From NCBI GenBank assembly GCA_030141605.1, contig JAQGDQ010000698.1:46500-110499 (forward strand): a stretch of 64,000 nt of DNA. The letters run 5' to 3'. This DNA comes from Tubiluchus corallicola. Its lineage: Eukaryota; Animalia; Priapulida. The notes under the pieces were generated by a model. It ran no database searches, was not told the DNA's origin, and saw nothing but the letters and a program-made list of their open reading frames with translations. Each line of letters begins with the position of its first letter. The first letter of the stretch is position 1. Shown here piece by piece: positions 26,852-40,065 of the stretch. Made by a program: the position numbers and the translations under genes.

Positions 26852-26852
<1 letters not shown>

Positions 26853-27299
26853 AGTTACCGTTTACTACTTTACAACTAATTTAAAGAAACGTGCAGTGAT
26901 GTGTAAACATCTTGTGCACAAACATCTTATCATCTTAGTGAAGTGGTTTATTTATAAAAATTAGAACTTGTAAGAAGTTACAAGAGATAATGTCCTTTAG
27001 TCTATTTAAATTCTAAAATTTTGGCGAGATAGATTAGTAGAACTGCAAAATTGTTGTCGTGTGTTCTTGTGACTTGGTATAATAGATATATAGCACCATT
27101 GATGCAAGATATGCAGACGCGCAAAAAGCGGTACACTGGCACTGAAAGTGTGTGACCATTATTGTTTCAAAAAGCATGCAGTCGGTAAGCGACATGAATC
27201 TGTTAATCCAGATTGCAGTTTTGATGTGGAAATTGGAATGACGAGAGTGTGCGTGAGCTGAAGGAAAAATTAATTGTTTGTTAGCATGAGAAGCATGTA

Positions 27300-30200
27300 G
27301 CACAAAGCTGCAGAAAATTATGGTTCTTCTTAAGAGTGACGAAGATGGTGCAAACATACCACCAGCCATAAATAACAAGCTAAATAACATAGAGAAATCA
27401 GTCAAAAAACTAACGCATAACATGAAAGAAACCAAATCTTACAGCGCGGTCAACATATCAAATCGTAGAAGTAGAGTCCAAAGTCCGTTGCCTGACGCTA
27501 GAGGGAAAACGCAAAATGCTCCGGTACGCGATCCTAAAAAAACCGTGTTAATTGAAAACGTCACAGATAAGAATCTAGTCAACTCTAGCGTAACAATTAA
27601 ACGATGCCCGAGCAAGCACTTTCCTCGTATAAGATAAAGATATCAAGCGGCATTTGAAACAGTAAAAGGCCCAATACATGTACAGGTGATTCATTCAGGC
27701 TCTGCGCAAGAAATTGTTAAAAATTGGAAACTAATTACCTTGGGACAAACGCTAAGGCGCATGAAACGAACAAGCAAGTACAAAATACATTGGTTATTAG
27801 GATATTGTGATCCATGCCTAAGAGAGGAAGAAATACCTAAGGAGTGTGATGTGACAGACATAGACACAACCACAAACACAGAGATTCTTAACCTTGCTCA
27901 AAATCAACTTCAATAGGAAGACGAAATGAACTCTGCGATTTCAAAAGGCATCTTAGTGGGTTATATGCTATGCAATGTGGAGGAATTTAAGCAAAACAGA
28001 AGCATTTGCCCTGCTACAATTGTAGTGAGTTCGATCACGCATCAAAATGTGGTAAATGTTCACAAAATCACAGTCAAGAAAACTGCACTTCAGGTCAGAA
28101 AGTGTGCTCGAACTGCAAAGAATTTCATGAAGCCTAGAGTAGAGAATGTGAAGTTTATAAAACTGAAGCCAAGGGGATAAATAATACATACGACTAATAT
28201 GGCTGACAACACTACTAATGAGATAAAGACATGCTACCTCAACATTAATCATTCATCACAGCGATCCGTATGTGCTCTTGACAAAAACGTAGACATAATA
28301 GCAATACAAGAAACAAAAATCACAACTCGACACAATTAACAAATTCTTCATCTTACAAACTGTAGCTCATATATTTATAGTGTACGTATTTATAGGAGTA
28401 GCTTTGTACTTGAAAAAAAACATGCAGTGGCTTACATTGAAGTAAGAGAAGCCTCATATTGTTAGCTGGTAATACGGAGCAACTACTCTCTTGTATCTAC
28501 GTTGTGCCAAACTGTGCTAGTGTAACGAAAAAATGTCTAAACATGATTCTCAGGACAAAAAATTTTGCCAAAGACCATGGCATATACAATTTAGTGACCT
28601 TAGTGTTCATCGCGTCCTTTGAGACCATAGTGACAACGAACATGAAAGACTGCTACTTGACTTTATGAATGATAGCAACGTTGAGCTGGCAGTCAAAACA
28701 CTGGCAGCTCAGTCATGGGTAGCTGCAGCACAATTGACATTATTTTGGCATCAAGCAATATTTCATCGCAGAGTGTGGATAAGGATATCGAATTATTTAG
28801 TGGCGCACCTCTCAATGACCAGTTTTAACTGTGGTAGTCGTACAGTTCCGAACTTCAAAAACAGTGAGTGACAGACCGATCACAATTACGTCATGTTTCG
28901 GAAAACTTCCAAAGAAACTGACAGAAAACAAGAACAAAGTAAGAGAATTTTTTAAAAAGCATAACTTGCTTCAGCTTCGTCTAGATGGGCAAAATTGTAA
29001 CACTGCTCGTTACTTATTCCGACTCGTTTCAGCCGTTGACAGGCATCAGTTCAAAAGTTTGATTGCATTGCAGTACTGTGTGATATTCAAAAATCTTTTG
29101 ACAGCGTTTGGATAAACGAGCTAATATGGAATATGTACAATGCAGGTATCCAAGGGAAAATGTTGTGCATATTAGGAGGCTTTCGAAAAAGACCGAAAAA
29201 TCAGCTTAAACGTAAGCAATTTTAGCACTAAAAATTACGTTTTTCAATGAGCTTGCCACAAAGTCAGTAGAGTTGCCTCTGTTATTAGTATTTTTTATAT
29301 CTAATATGCTTGTTGCAATCGTATGTGAAAAGTTCAAATGTGCAGGCGATAGTTGTGCTTTAGCTAGAGAAGCAACTCTGTATGAAAACTGATGAATTAC
29401 ACCATTGAACAACTAAATGGCGTATGGTGATAAGTTGAGCGCCTGCTGAAACAGAGTCCATAATATACAACTCAAAGTGGGAACCCAGCCCCGTTAACCT
29501 GAAAATTTGGGAAAAACAAATTAACTATATGGTGTAAAGCAAAGTATTAGGAGTGGCAATTAATGAATAATTTAATTTTAGCGACTACACTAATGACGTA
29601 AAATGACATTCGCGGAATAAATGGTACGAAATAAAACAATTCAGTTTTAAATATAAGACCTGCAAATTCAGTATCCTGTTCAAAACCGCTGTATTGCCTG
29701 TGATTTTATACACGCCACCATCGTAGTTATACAAAAAATTAGATGCATTTTAAGATATTTGGTATGACTTTCATAAACTGCCAGGCATAGGATACAATCC
29801 AGCAAAACAAGAACTTGATATTACATGTGGTTTACCATCAATAAGCATTTTATATTCTGGCTAGGTGAACAAATTCGTGTTAAAATTTATTTACACCACC
29901 AGAAGATCTAAATGTTTAAGCGGTCAGGCTAGAAACTGTAAACCTACCCTGATGAAATATTTAAATACAATCAGATCTTTCCTCCAAACAGTAAAAAGTA
30001 TAGAGCTTTCCCGAAATCGCAGTATCCTCGAGGCACAAACCGATGCTCCAAAACCCAGTAAAAATGAAAAAAGATCGGCACATAATTCTTCTTTGTAAAA
30101 GAAAAATTATGCATTCTTACCAGTTAGCTGGTATTCCGCCTGATGCAGCTATGCCTCTCTCCTCTTCATTTGCCTCATGACAAAAATAAAAAACAAGTTG

Positions 30201-30670
30201 AGACAAAAGTTCTTAATTTATTGCTGGGTCGAGACTCCAAGTCACTTTACAAAAGTGGTGGTATGAGCCAATGTGAAATTGCAGCTGCGGTACGAGAAAT
30301 CAAACGTCCACTCATCTAATATCTAAATGTAGTTTTACGGAAACAATTGTAAGAACAGAACCGGAAAATATTATTGGGTACAAACATGTCCAGGATATAA
30401 TTAATTCCTTTGCTGAAATGAGAAGGTCTGCTTATTGTTCATAAAAATTGTAAATGAATTAATGCAAAATATGTTATATAAAACAACCGCGAAATAAAAT
30501 TAAAGAAATATAAAATAACGTCGAAATGAAATTAAAGAAAACGTATCCATGAAAGTTAAAACGTTGAAAGAGGACTGTGTTGTGCACTTGCTCTTCCTAG
30601 TATTGTACAAATATGTGAATAATAACTATATGTAATCATAACTGCTGTAAAAGAAATAAAAATTAAATTT
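27300..30670 (+). mobile_element. Near-full-length dead LINE of the I/Jockey-like group (ORF1 zinc knuckles, APE endonuclease, RT)
   Basis: 28012-28160: CYNCSEFDHASKCGKCSQNHSQENC..CSNCKEFHEA*SREC (triple CCHC knuckle). ORF2 start at 28199: MADNTTNEIKTCYLNIN, then VDIIAIQETK. RT motifs RPITITSCFGKL, DIQKSFDSVW, GIQGKML, KFKCAGD. Many stops and frameshifts; aataaa near 30655. Confidence 0.88.
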
Positions 30671-30876
30671 TGTGTGCGTACTGAAGCCATTTTGTACACA
30701 AATTATTCATGGCTGCTTTCATACATCTCAATGATAATTTTTTTTGTCTAATTAATATTAACTAAACCCCGCAAATAGAGGTTAATTGCATGTAATGAAT
30801 TTACTTTTTTCAGTTTGATCACTGTCTGCATTATAAATATAAGTTGTTTATTACAAATATTTAAGGATGAATATTA

Positions 30877-31171
<295 letters not shown>

Positions 31172-31486
31172 TAATTATAATTATAATCTTTTTCTCTCTC
31201 TTTTTCTTTGTCTTTCCTCTCTCTTTCTCTCTCTCTCTGCTGTCTGTCTGCTGCCCGGTTATCTGTCCATCCGAGCTTTTCCCCTTTGATAGGCTGGCTA
31301 ACTTACGACTCACAGATTGACTGGGGTTGGCAGCTCTAAATTGCTATATAAATTTATTATTGTCACTTTTTTAAAGTTCAGAAGTCTATCTTGATTGTTT
31401 GAGGAGTAATTTCGTGGATGAGCGATCTACTGATATTGTTTTCTTTCTTAAAAAGTGAACGAATGAGAAAGAGTGAGTGACAAATT

Positions 31487-31718
31487 AAATGGAATTTACG
31501 TAAGTTGCGGATGCGGATGCGGATTCGTTTTCCAATGCGGAACAGCTTGTGGAATAACCTGCGAAAAAAATTAGCGGTCAATAGTTGAAAAAAAGGAATA
31601 ACGCATAATAACAAACAGGCTGCATAAACGGGTGCATTGAAAACAATATAAACCGATTTTATCTACTCCGCACCCCCCAAAACGCATCCGTATCCGTATG
31701 CTATATAAACGCCACTTC
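31487..31718. mobile_element. MITE-like element with degenerate TIRs
   Basis: aaatggaatttacgtaagttgcggatgcggatgcg ... cgcatccgtatccgtatgctatataaacgccactt. Confidence 0.55.
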
Positions 31719-33852
31719 ACGCGGTGAGCGAATACGTGTGTGTGTTAGTGCGTATGTGTATGTGTCTGTGTGTGCGCGCGCGCGTTCGTGCGAGCGTGCG
31801 TGCGTGTGTGATGGTGTGAGAGTGTGGGGGGTGGGGGGGGTGGCTGTGTCCGAAATACGGATTTATAATTCTAAATTTGTTGTGCAACTTATGTCTATCA
31901 GACGTGATGTCTGTCGCAAGTAATGTCTATCAGAAGTACACAAACTTCAGTTTCTGTATTGATGTCATTTGCAATTATAAAATGCAGACAATGCAATTAT
32001 TGCGCAAGGTTCGGTTTACAAAAATAATTACAGCCTACGAACACAGCAGGTCTACTCTTGGAGACGTGCTTCCCGTTTAGTGGGAAATTGTGATTCACAT
32101 CCATACCTGCAGTAATACTGTTAAGAATGTGTGAGTTCATTGACAATGGCAGCCTTCCCAGCATGACTCGTGTTAGAATTTCACACGTTTACTTCGACGA
32201 ACCACAGTTTGCATTCATGATCTTTGAAAGTCAAAGGTTAAACGACAGGACTCTGGGTAAACCCCGATAATTTTCGTAGAAGGATGAATTCACATTTCTA
32301 TCATAATTATGATTTTTGAACGTGACTAAGAAACCTCTGTCGCTTCAGTGTCTCACCTTGAAGGATCAGCTTTGATTATGAGCAAGACTCCAGTCTCCCC
32401 ACAATCATACGCATCGACAAGGCTCGGGCGTATAATGCTGGATGCCAACTTACAGTGTGCATAATTGTATTGAAAATAAATGCCTGAACTCTGAAACTGA
32501 CTGGACGTTTTACCGTGGTCGGAATTTTAATCCTGTCACTGTTTGTTAAAATTTGGTTACAATTGTGTTAATATTTACATATTTTATGCAAACTGAAATG
32601 TAAATGTAAGTGCAAACCAAAATTTAACTTGCTGAAACCTCGTTTATGGCCACAGACCGTATTACTTAGCGTCAAAACTACATTTTGTCAAACGGACGAC
32701 ATTATCACTACGGTATGTGACGTCATACAACATTCTCATGAGATGAATCGTGTTTTTACACGTCCAGAAGTAATTATATATAAATAACAGAATATTAATG
32801 TCGCTGTTTAATTTACCTGTTCGTTTTTTGTTAGCAGTTTTACTTATGCACTATTCTTTCGTTTACTCACCCGTGCATTTGTTGTAGGTCTTATTGCTTA
32901 TCTGTTAGCTTATTTTCATACAGTTTATTTACGAGTCAGTCCTACTTAATTAAGGTGACTGTGGCTGAACCGGAATCTAGCTTATTATAAAACAGTTGTT
33001 ATCTGAGATGAAGCACTAATCCTTTGAAATGATGGGGTAGAACTTTTAGTCACGTACACATGTGTGTACAATTACTATGAGTCCTTCCGCAGTGAGATAA
33101 ATGGCAAATGAAACCACCCAGAATCAGGTTTTCCCTGCTGCCACTCACTCGTTTATTACTCAGTCCAGCAATACTTAACATCGCTTGAATACCATTCGTT
33201 CACTTTTTCGTTCGTTCGTTCAGAAGTTTTTATTTCTTAATAAATCTGCCCATGCACCTGGACTGCAAAATTTGTTGATTGGTAAAAAAACGCACGAGGT
33301 TTGGCTACATTCAATCGTCTCGAGATTCCCTTTAGGAAGCTCACTCACTTCTTGCTTGCTGCAATCCTCACTGCAGTCACAAGCAGTTTTCACTTGTTAC
33401 TAGTGATATTTAGTTCTGTATTCTAACAAATCCGCCAAATGCTCTGACAGCTTCGAAATTTTTCAACTTAACTGCCATTTCATGAACATTTTTGCCATAT
33501 TACAGCAGACAAGGCTAATAAATTTCTCATTGCGCGCCTGCAGCAAATGGTTATAAGCATATGAGGTGAGATATATAGAAAAGTTGTATTCTACGGGTTA
33601 CGTAGGCAACGTTGACATACATACCAATGTTATACATACCACATATATACCTCAGGTTACGTTGGCATAACTTTCGCACGCATATGAACGTTATATTATG
33701 AAATATACATGAAATTTGAAATATATACATACCAATTTGATCACACCAACTCGAAATTTCAACATTGATGGCTCAAGTAACAACAACAAAAAACATAACA
33801 CAAAACACAATCACCCCAAATGTGCATATAATTCTTAACTAACTGTTTTTGG

Positions 33853-33892
<40 letters not shown>

Positions 33893-33894
33893 AA

Positions 33895-34260
33895 CTGTTT
33901 TTCTTAATACTTATTTTGGTCATTACGTTGAATAAAACTGCTGTACAATTGTAATGGTTATTCGTAGTAAAATGTTTTTCCTCAGTACATACCTGGATTA
34001 TTGCACAAAAAACTGCGTCTTTACTCGTTACAATATGTTTTTTCCTTAATACTTATCTGGATTATTGCACAAAAACTGCATTTTTACTCCTTACAAGATG
34101 TTTTTTCCTTAATACTTACCTGAAGTATTGCACAAAAACTTCATCTTTGCTCGTTATGAAATGCTTTTCCATAATACATACCTGGATTATTGTACATTAA
34201 CTGCTGTGCAATTGTAATCTCTATTCGTAAAAATGTTTATCCTTACTACTTACATTGCTT
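33895..34260. repeat. Degenerate minisatellite, about 63-bp unit, 4 clear copies plus partial flanks
   Basis: Unit roughly gtttttccttaatacttacctggattattgcacaaaaactgcatctttactcgttacaagat, starting near 33974, 34037, 34100 and 34163. Confidence 0.85.
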
Positions 34261-34899
34261 TTTGTACAGAACACAACTGCTATACATGTAATCTTGACTT
34301 GTAAATTTGGTCTCAAATTAGTTAAGTCTGTGCGCTCGTGTCTGTTTTAATAATCTCATTTTTTACAATCTTACTGTAAATCCTCAAGAGCAATTACATG
34401 CTAGTACAATTCAATGCCAAAATCAACACTTCGTGCAGATTATATTAGCTATGCTTTTAATGCACTGATGTAGTCATACGTAGATGTAATATTAATTAAA
34501 GCACAAGAAAACATTCTTCATAAATAAAACTTAAAAAATTCGTTTTCAAATTTCATATCACTTACGTATTGTACTATTCTGCACGAAGTTCGGTTTATTA
34601 GTAACGTTGTATAAAACTAGAAAATTAAACTTCCGCGATGACCATTAATGGTAGGTCGTTTGAAACAAGTTTAGATCACATTGCGTGAAGTTTGAAAAAA
34701 TAATCAAAGCATTCGTAGGACACTCTTCGCTAACTTTTTGTGAATCAATGGTGCACACTGAGATGGCGATGCAGTACCTTTATCCCGGTGACGCGAACAT
34801 TTTAAGGTGCTAAGTTTTTTTAGTTATATGAGTTTTCCGAACAGGTAAACGTAATGCAAAATAATATAACTTAACATGGAATGGTTTTTGGACATACTT

Positions 34900-35808
34900 T
34901 AAAATTCCCTTTCCACTTAATTAAGCGTTAATGCATCTTAACTTATTACAAAGTCTTCATTAAATCAGTACTAAACTTGTATTCTTATAAGTTGTGTATA
35001 ATTAGATGACAGCACATGTTATTGGCCAAGTGCTTTTATTATTCCTGTTTTAGTATAATTTCGATTAAGTTGGCAAAATAATATTTTTGTGGTAAAACAT
35101 GGAGCAGAAAGGGAAATGGGTTGGAAGGAGAAAGACAAATACTTAGGAACTGATGTAAAATCTGATAATTTTTTTAAAATGGACATTGTTATAAATAAAT
35201 GCAAATTTAATGCCAGCGTTCAACTCTAGGCAGGCGTCCAAAACACTGATAAGCGCATATTGTTTACCAATTTTGATGTATGCAGTAGAAGTTACTTCAT
35301 TATCTTTTGAGCAAGAAAATATGTTAAAAGTTTGCTGGATCGCAGCCTATAAGAAGATTTTTAATTATAGACGTAATGAGAGTGTCAAGGTTTTAATGAA
35401 TTACTGTGGTATTATGCCTGCAAACTTTCTAACTGATTGTAGAAAGCAATTTTTTAAAGAAAACTCAAAACTGTAGCATCGATAATATTCAGTTAATGTT
35501 TTATTTAACTGACAATAGTTATTGTCACTTAAGAAGAAAGTGTGGTTTATCTTTAAAGTTTGGTAACGTGAAAGTTAAAAAGTTAGTTACTAATGGTTTT
35601 AATGTGTGTTTACAAGATAATCTGTGAGGGATATATGAAAACTAACGGTATTTTTATGTACGATTATGTACGATCATTGTCATTATTGAAAATCATTTAT
35701 TTTATGCACACTAATTTCATTCTTTTTTTGTGTGTTTATACTAACTTTTCTTTGTTATATTTTGTCTATATGAATATATGACTGTATTTATAATGGTACG
35801 AAATAAAA

Positions 35809-35898
<90 letters not shown>
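34900..35898 (+). mobile_element. 5'-truncated LINE with (AAT)n tail
   Basis: WKEKDKYLG, then LISAYCLPILMYAVEV...WIAAYKKIFNYRRNESVK (ORF2 C-terminus). aataaaa near 35801 is followed by about 29 AAT units. Confidence 0.8.
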
Positions 35899-35900
<2 letters not shown>

Positions 35901-37087
35901 CATTCGTGACTGCTTCATTTTATTGTAGCTCTTGTTTTGTTCACAATACTTTTGATTCTAATATATGTATATTTTGTTCACAAATAATTTTCCTTGCGCT
36001 GTTGAAACTCTGCTGTTGTGTATCATTTGCTAGAAAGAGTATTTAGTTCTGTTTAACACTCTAGACCGTCTGAACCGTCCTACCCAATCTAGTTCAAGAT
36101 TGATATAACAATTAGTTTAGTCAATTCCATTAATTTTCAAGCAATTACTACTTTGTTTTCAAACCCTTGAAAGCTTTTGATTAATGTGTCTTTCGCTGAA
36201 TGTAATTTGTACTTTCCAATAAGATTAATCATGTAAGCGTAGTGAAGAACTTGCGACGGTGGCGGTAACGGCAGCGGCAGCGGCAGCGACGGCAACAGCA
36301 ACTGTAGTAAACATCACGCAACATAAACAATGAGCAGAAATAACGAGACAAAAACTTTTAGTAGTATTTGTTTTATCGAAAAATCCAATTCAGTTGAAAT
36401 GATGAGCTTTTCAGTCTTATTCTCTAAACTTTTATTCGCTCAATTTTCCAATATAATATCTCGTTTCATGTGCACCATGTCCCAACAGGTTGTATAAGGT
36501 CATTCTGGCTATATCTGATTTGTTCCGAGTGAGTAATAGCCTTAAACAAAGAACTGCACTCCCATATTATGCAAATGGCATTTCATGAACTCAGTCACAA
36601 ATCTTTCTGTTGTACAATAGATTGCTTCATTACAGAAGTATATACAAATCATTTGATATGCGCCATTGATACATACTATCTTTCATCCACGAGTGTTAGT
36701 CCTCCTTTGAAGCATTTGGTAAATATATACTTGCGCTGTTGGTTTGAGCACGATAATGATGTTAATTTGGAAAATGCAAAAACATTTTCATTAAACCTAT
36801 ACCTAAGTCTGACAGTTTTCAAAAGTCCAGCTGAATCAAAAGAGAGATGCGTACAGCAATCTGAACGTACAGAAAAAATCTTACGGTTATATATCTTAAA
36901 CCTGCCCTATGTTGACATTCTTATTAGAAAGAAAAGCGCTGCAAATTCTCAGAATACTTTAAATTATTATTCAGTGATTGTCGCCTCCAGTCTCCGCTTT
37001 ACATGAACTGTGGCTCTATACCCTGCTGTATGCTACAGCAAGTTTTCGTTAATGTTGTTGTGTGTGTTCATTTCGTTGTGTGATTGG

Positions 37088-37215
37088 TATTTGTTGTTGT
37101 GTTGTTGTTGCTGTTGTTGTTGTTGTTGTTCTTGCTGTTGCCGCTGCTGTTGCTGCTGGTGTTGTTGTTGTCGTTGCTGCTGTTGTTATTGTCGTCGTCG
37201 TCGTCGTCGTCGTTG
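37088..37215. repeat. (GTT)/(GCT)/(GTC) microsatellite
   Basis: Direct inspection. Confidence 0.93.
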
Positions 37216-39115
37216 TATGTGTCCGTAAGGAATTTATGGGATTTAATATAATTCACTAAAGAGCTGCATTATAGACGTTATATTAGTTAGACAGACAAAA
37301 TCTTTTAGTCTCGGCTATTACAATACGCGAACTATCATAAGATTTTCAGCCTTTCAAGTCTAGGTCTCGCTTTGTGCATTTCGTGAAGTGCTGTGAACAG
37401 TAATGTTACATAATGAGAGAAGATTTTGTTACGTGCCTAACTCACAAAAAAGAAACAATTTAGGAAAATGTAGCAGCTTTTATTTAACTTTCTCCGGGGC
37501 GGCCTGTTAGTTTAATAGGTCTGTAATGACGCTATGGGAATTGATTATAGGAATTAGTTGAGCAAAAAGGAAAACTGGCTATTTGTTGCCATTGTTAAAG
37601 GATCGTAACAACAAAATAGGGCTGTGGGCTTGCCAGCACCAAACACTAATGAAGATAACGATGTTAACGTAGATAATGATGCTGCTGTCAATCGCGATCA
37701 TGACGGTGACAAAAATCAAAGTTTTTGAGTGATTTCTAATAATTCGACTTTGCCTGGTTTTAAGTTTCTCAGAACCGTTTCTGAAAGTATAAAAAACGCT
37801 CCATCCCAGTCTACTATTAAGAATGTGTTTCACCGTAATTCGAATTACCACAATTCATACGTTTTAGTTGTGGACACTCCAAATGGCTCAGTTTACTGTC
37901 TCTCTGTGCAACTGTGTTGCAGGTGCAAATGTTTTGGTCCATTACCTCTTCTCAAGGTAGTATATGCATTAGAAGCCACAATATATTAGACTGTAGCTCA
38001 ACCTCTAGACTACTTTTTCTACTCTGACATTGTATAGGTGGAACTTGTCATGTACGCACGTCTTTGTTGCATTTAAAAATTGTCTTATAATTATACTGCT
38101 ACCTTTTACTGACATTCTGGCTTTTTCTCGACTCAATATTGGACCAACAATGTATGTATGCATTTTAGCTTTTTTAGTGTAACGTAGTAATCTGCAGCAC
38201 TTATTTTCTAGCACTTTTATTTCACTAGATTTGTAGATGTAGTAGTTGTAGACTACAGAAAATTTGTATTTTTGCAGAATAAACTACATAGATATGGGAA
38301 CGCAACTTTGATTTGAGCGTATACATTACAACCTGTAAACATTCGCTATTGTTCCGAAACCAACCACCACAACAATATTACCCAAAACAAGTTTCCTGCA
38401 AATCCGAAATGTCCTACTTTTAACTCTCCTCCTTTCGAAAACTACCCGGTTCCTAGAAGAAATTTTCGTTGAAAGCGGACGTAGGGGACCTATTTCCACG
38501 TGACCTGATTTTGCGCCTCCATTGACAAGTTCGGTTGGAAATATTTACGAAAATTTCAATGCCCGTAATGGCAGTATAAGTAATGCATTCTGCGGGTGTT
38601 TGTATTTCACCTTTATATCAGGACAGCCGAATAAAATCTTGACGTGTACCTCGTGAAGAACTAATCATGGCAGTCAGTGATAATCTCTTGCCTTCCTACT
38701 GCTACATATTGTACATGATGGGAGATGTACTTTCGAATATTTCTAAAGAAACCTTCGTGGAAAGACTGAATGGGGACAACAGGTCGAGTTGCTGCCGAAA
38801 GCAAAAATATGGCAATTATTTTTTTCACTGCGAAGTAAACAAAAATAGGCTAAAAACAGCACAAATCATCCAGAAGGTGATCATTTACTAATGACTTGGA
38901 TGTCAGCTTCAGTATCATTAGGATGAGCACGTGCACCCATTAAGATGATTACAGGTACCTGTTATACGCGTTTTTATAACCGTGGCGTGATTGCAAAGCA
39001 GTGCACATCGTTCACTAAGACATAATGCAAGAGTGATGTGTTATTTGTCGAAAGGTAAACCAGCTCCGCCCAATAATGAAACCGTAAGGTTAACTTTGTA
39101 GGAAAAAATATATAA

Positions 39116-40065
39116 ACCAATCAATCAATTTATTTCACTCCAGCAATACATACACAATACATCAACACACAATATTATTGAAAAAAAGAAACAGTATAAG
39201 TAAAAAAAACGTTGATGAAGTCAAATTAACCAAATCAAAGAATTGCTGTATGACACCTTGAAAGCTTGGCTTGTTAGGGTGGCAGAAATGAGTGAATGAA
39301 AGAATGGTGAGGGTTAGAAGAAATGATGGAATGAAAAAATAGTAAGATTAGGGATAGGAAGAAGGAAAAGAGGAGAAGAAACGACCACAGTGTATGTTTA
39401 CATAGAGCTATATTAAAATAGCATTATAATTGATTGGAAGCCATATATTGCGACTGCATGAGACATGGAACCATTAAAATTGTATTATAAGTATGAATCA
39501 AAAATGGTCCTTTTCAAGTACTTTCTGAAACTATAAATAGTTTTGTGTATTTTTACTTGGGCACTTATTTTATTCCAGTTATTGGGGGTTGTGAATTTAA
39601 TAAAGTGCCTGGCACTATTAGTACGGCAGTAAGGGACATGATATTTATTGAACCTTGTAAAGTAATGTTTAAGATTTGCTGTAATTGGATTTTCAAAGGA
39701 AGTGGGAAACGAGTTGTAGTATGTCTTGTACATATAAATAGACAAGTGATATATAACCAAGTCTTCGAGAATTAATATACCACATTCAATAAATAAGGAC
39801 ATACCAACAGTGGTACGTTTAGATAAAATGTTTAATATTCTTATAAACTTTTTCTTTGATGCCTAGATAAACTTATTAAGTTGGATGGATAAGATGTACC
39901 CCATATAGTGCAGCAATAAGTTAAGTATGGTAATACCAATGAATTATAAACTGTTATAAGATGAGATTTGTCAAATTTATTTTTAATAAAATTAATTATT
40001 CCCAGATTCTTAGCAATTTTTAAACCGATAGAATTGATATATGGTTTCCAACTAAAATTTGTTAG
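39116..40065 (-). mobile_element. 5'-truncated LINE (L2/CR1-group-like) 3' end
   Basis: FSWKPYINSIGLKIAKNLGII...YNSLVLPYLTYCCTIWG and VPYCRTNSARHFIKFTTPNNWN. On the minus strand aataaa and an (ATTG)n tail at 39116-39135. Confidence 0.85.

Noticed and set aside
36569-37006. 145-aa ORF as a nested gene
   Set aside because: No recognisable domain, splice signals or compositional bias; compatible with a chance ORF.
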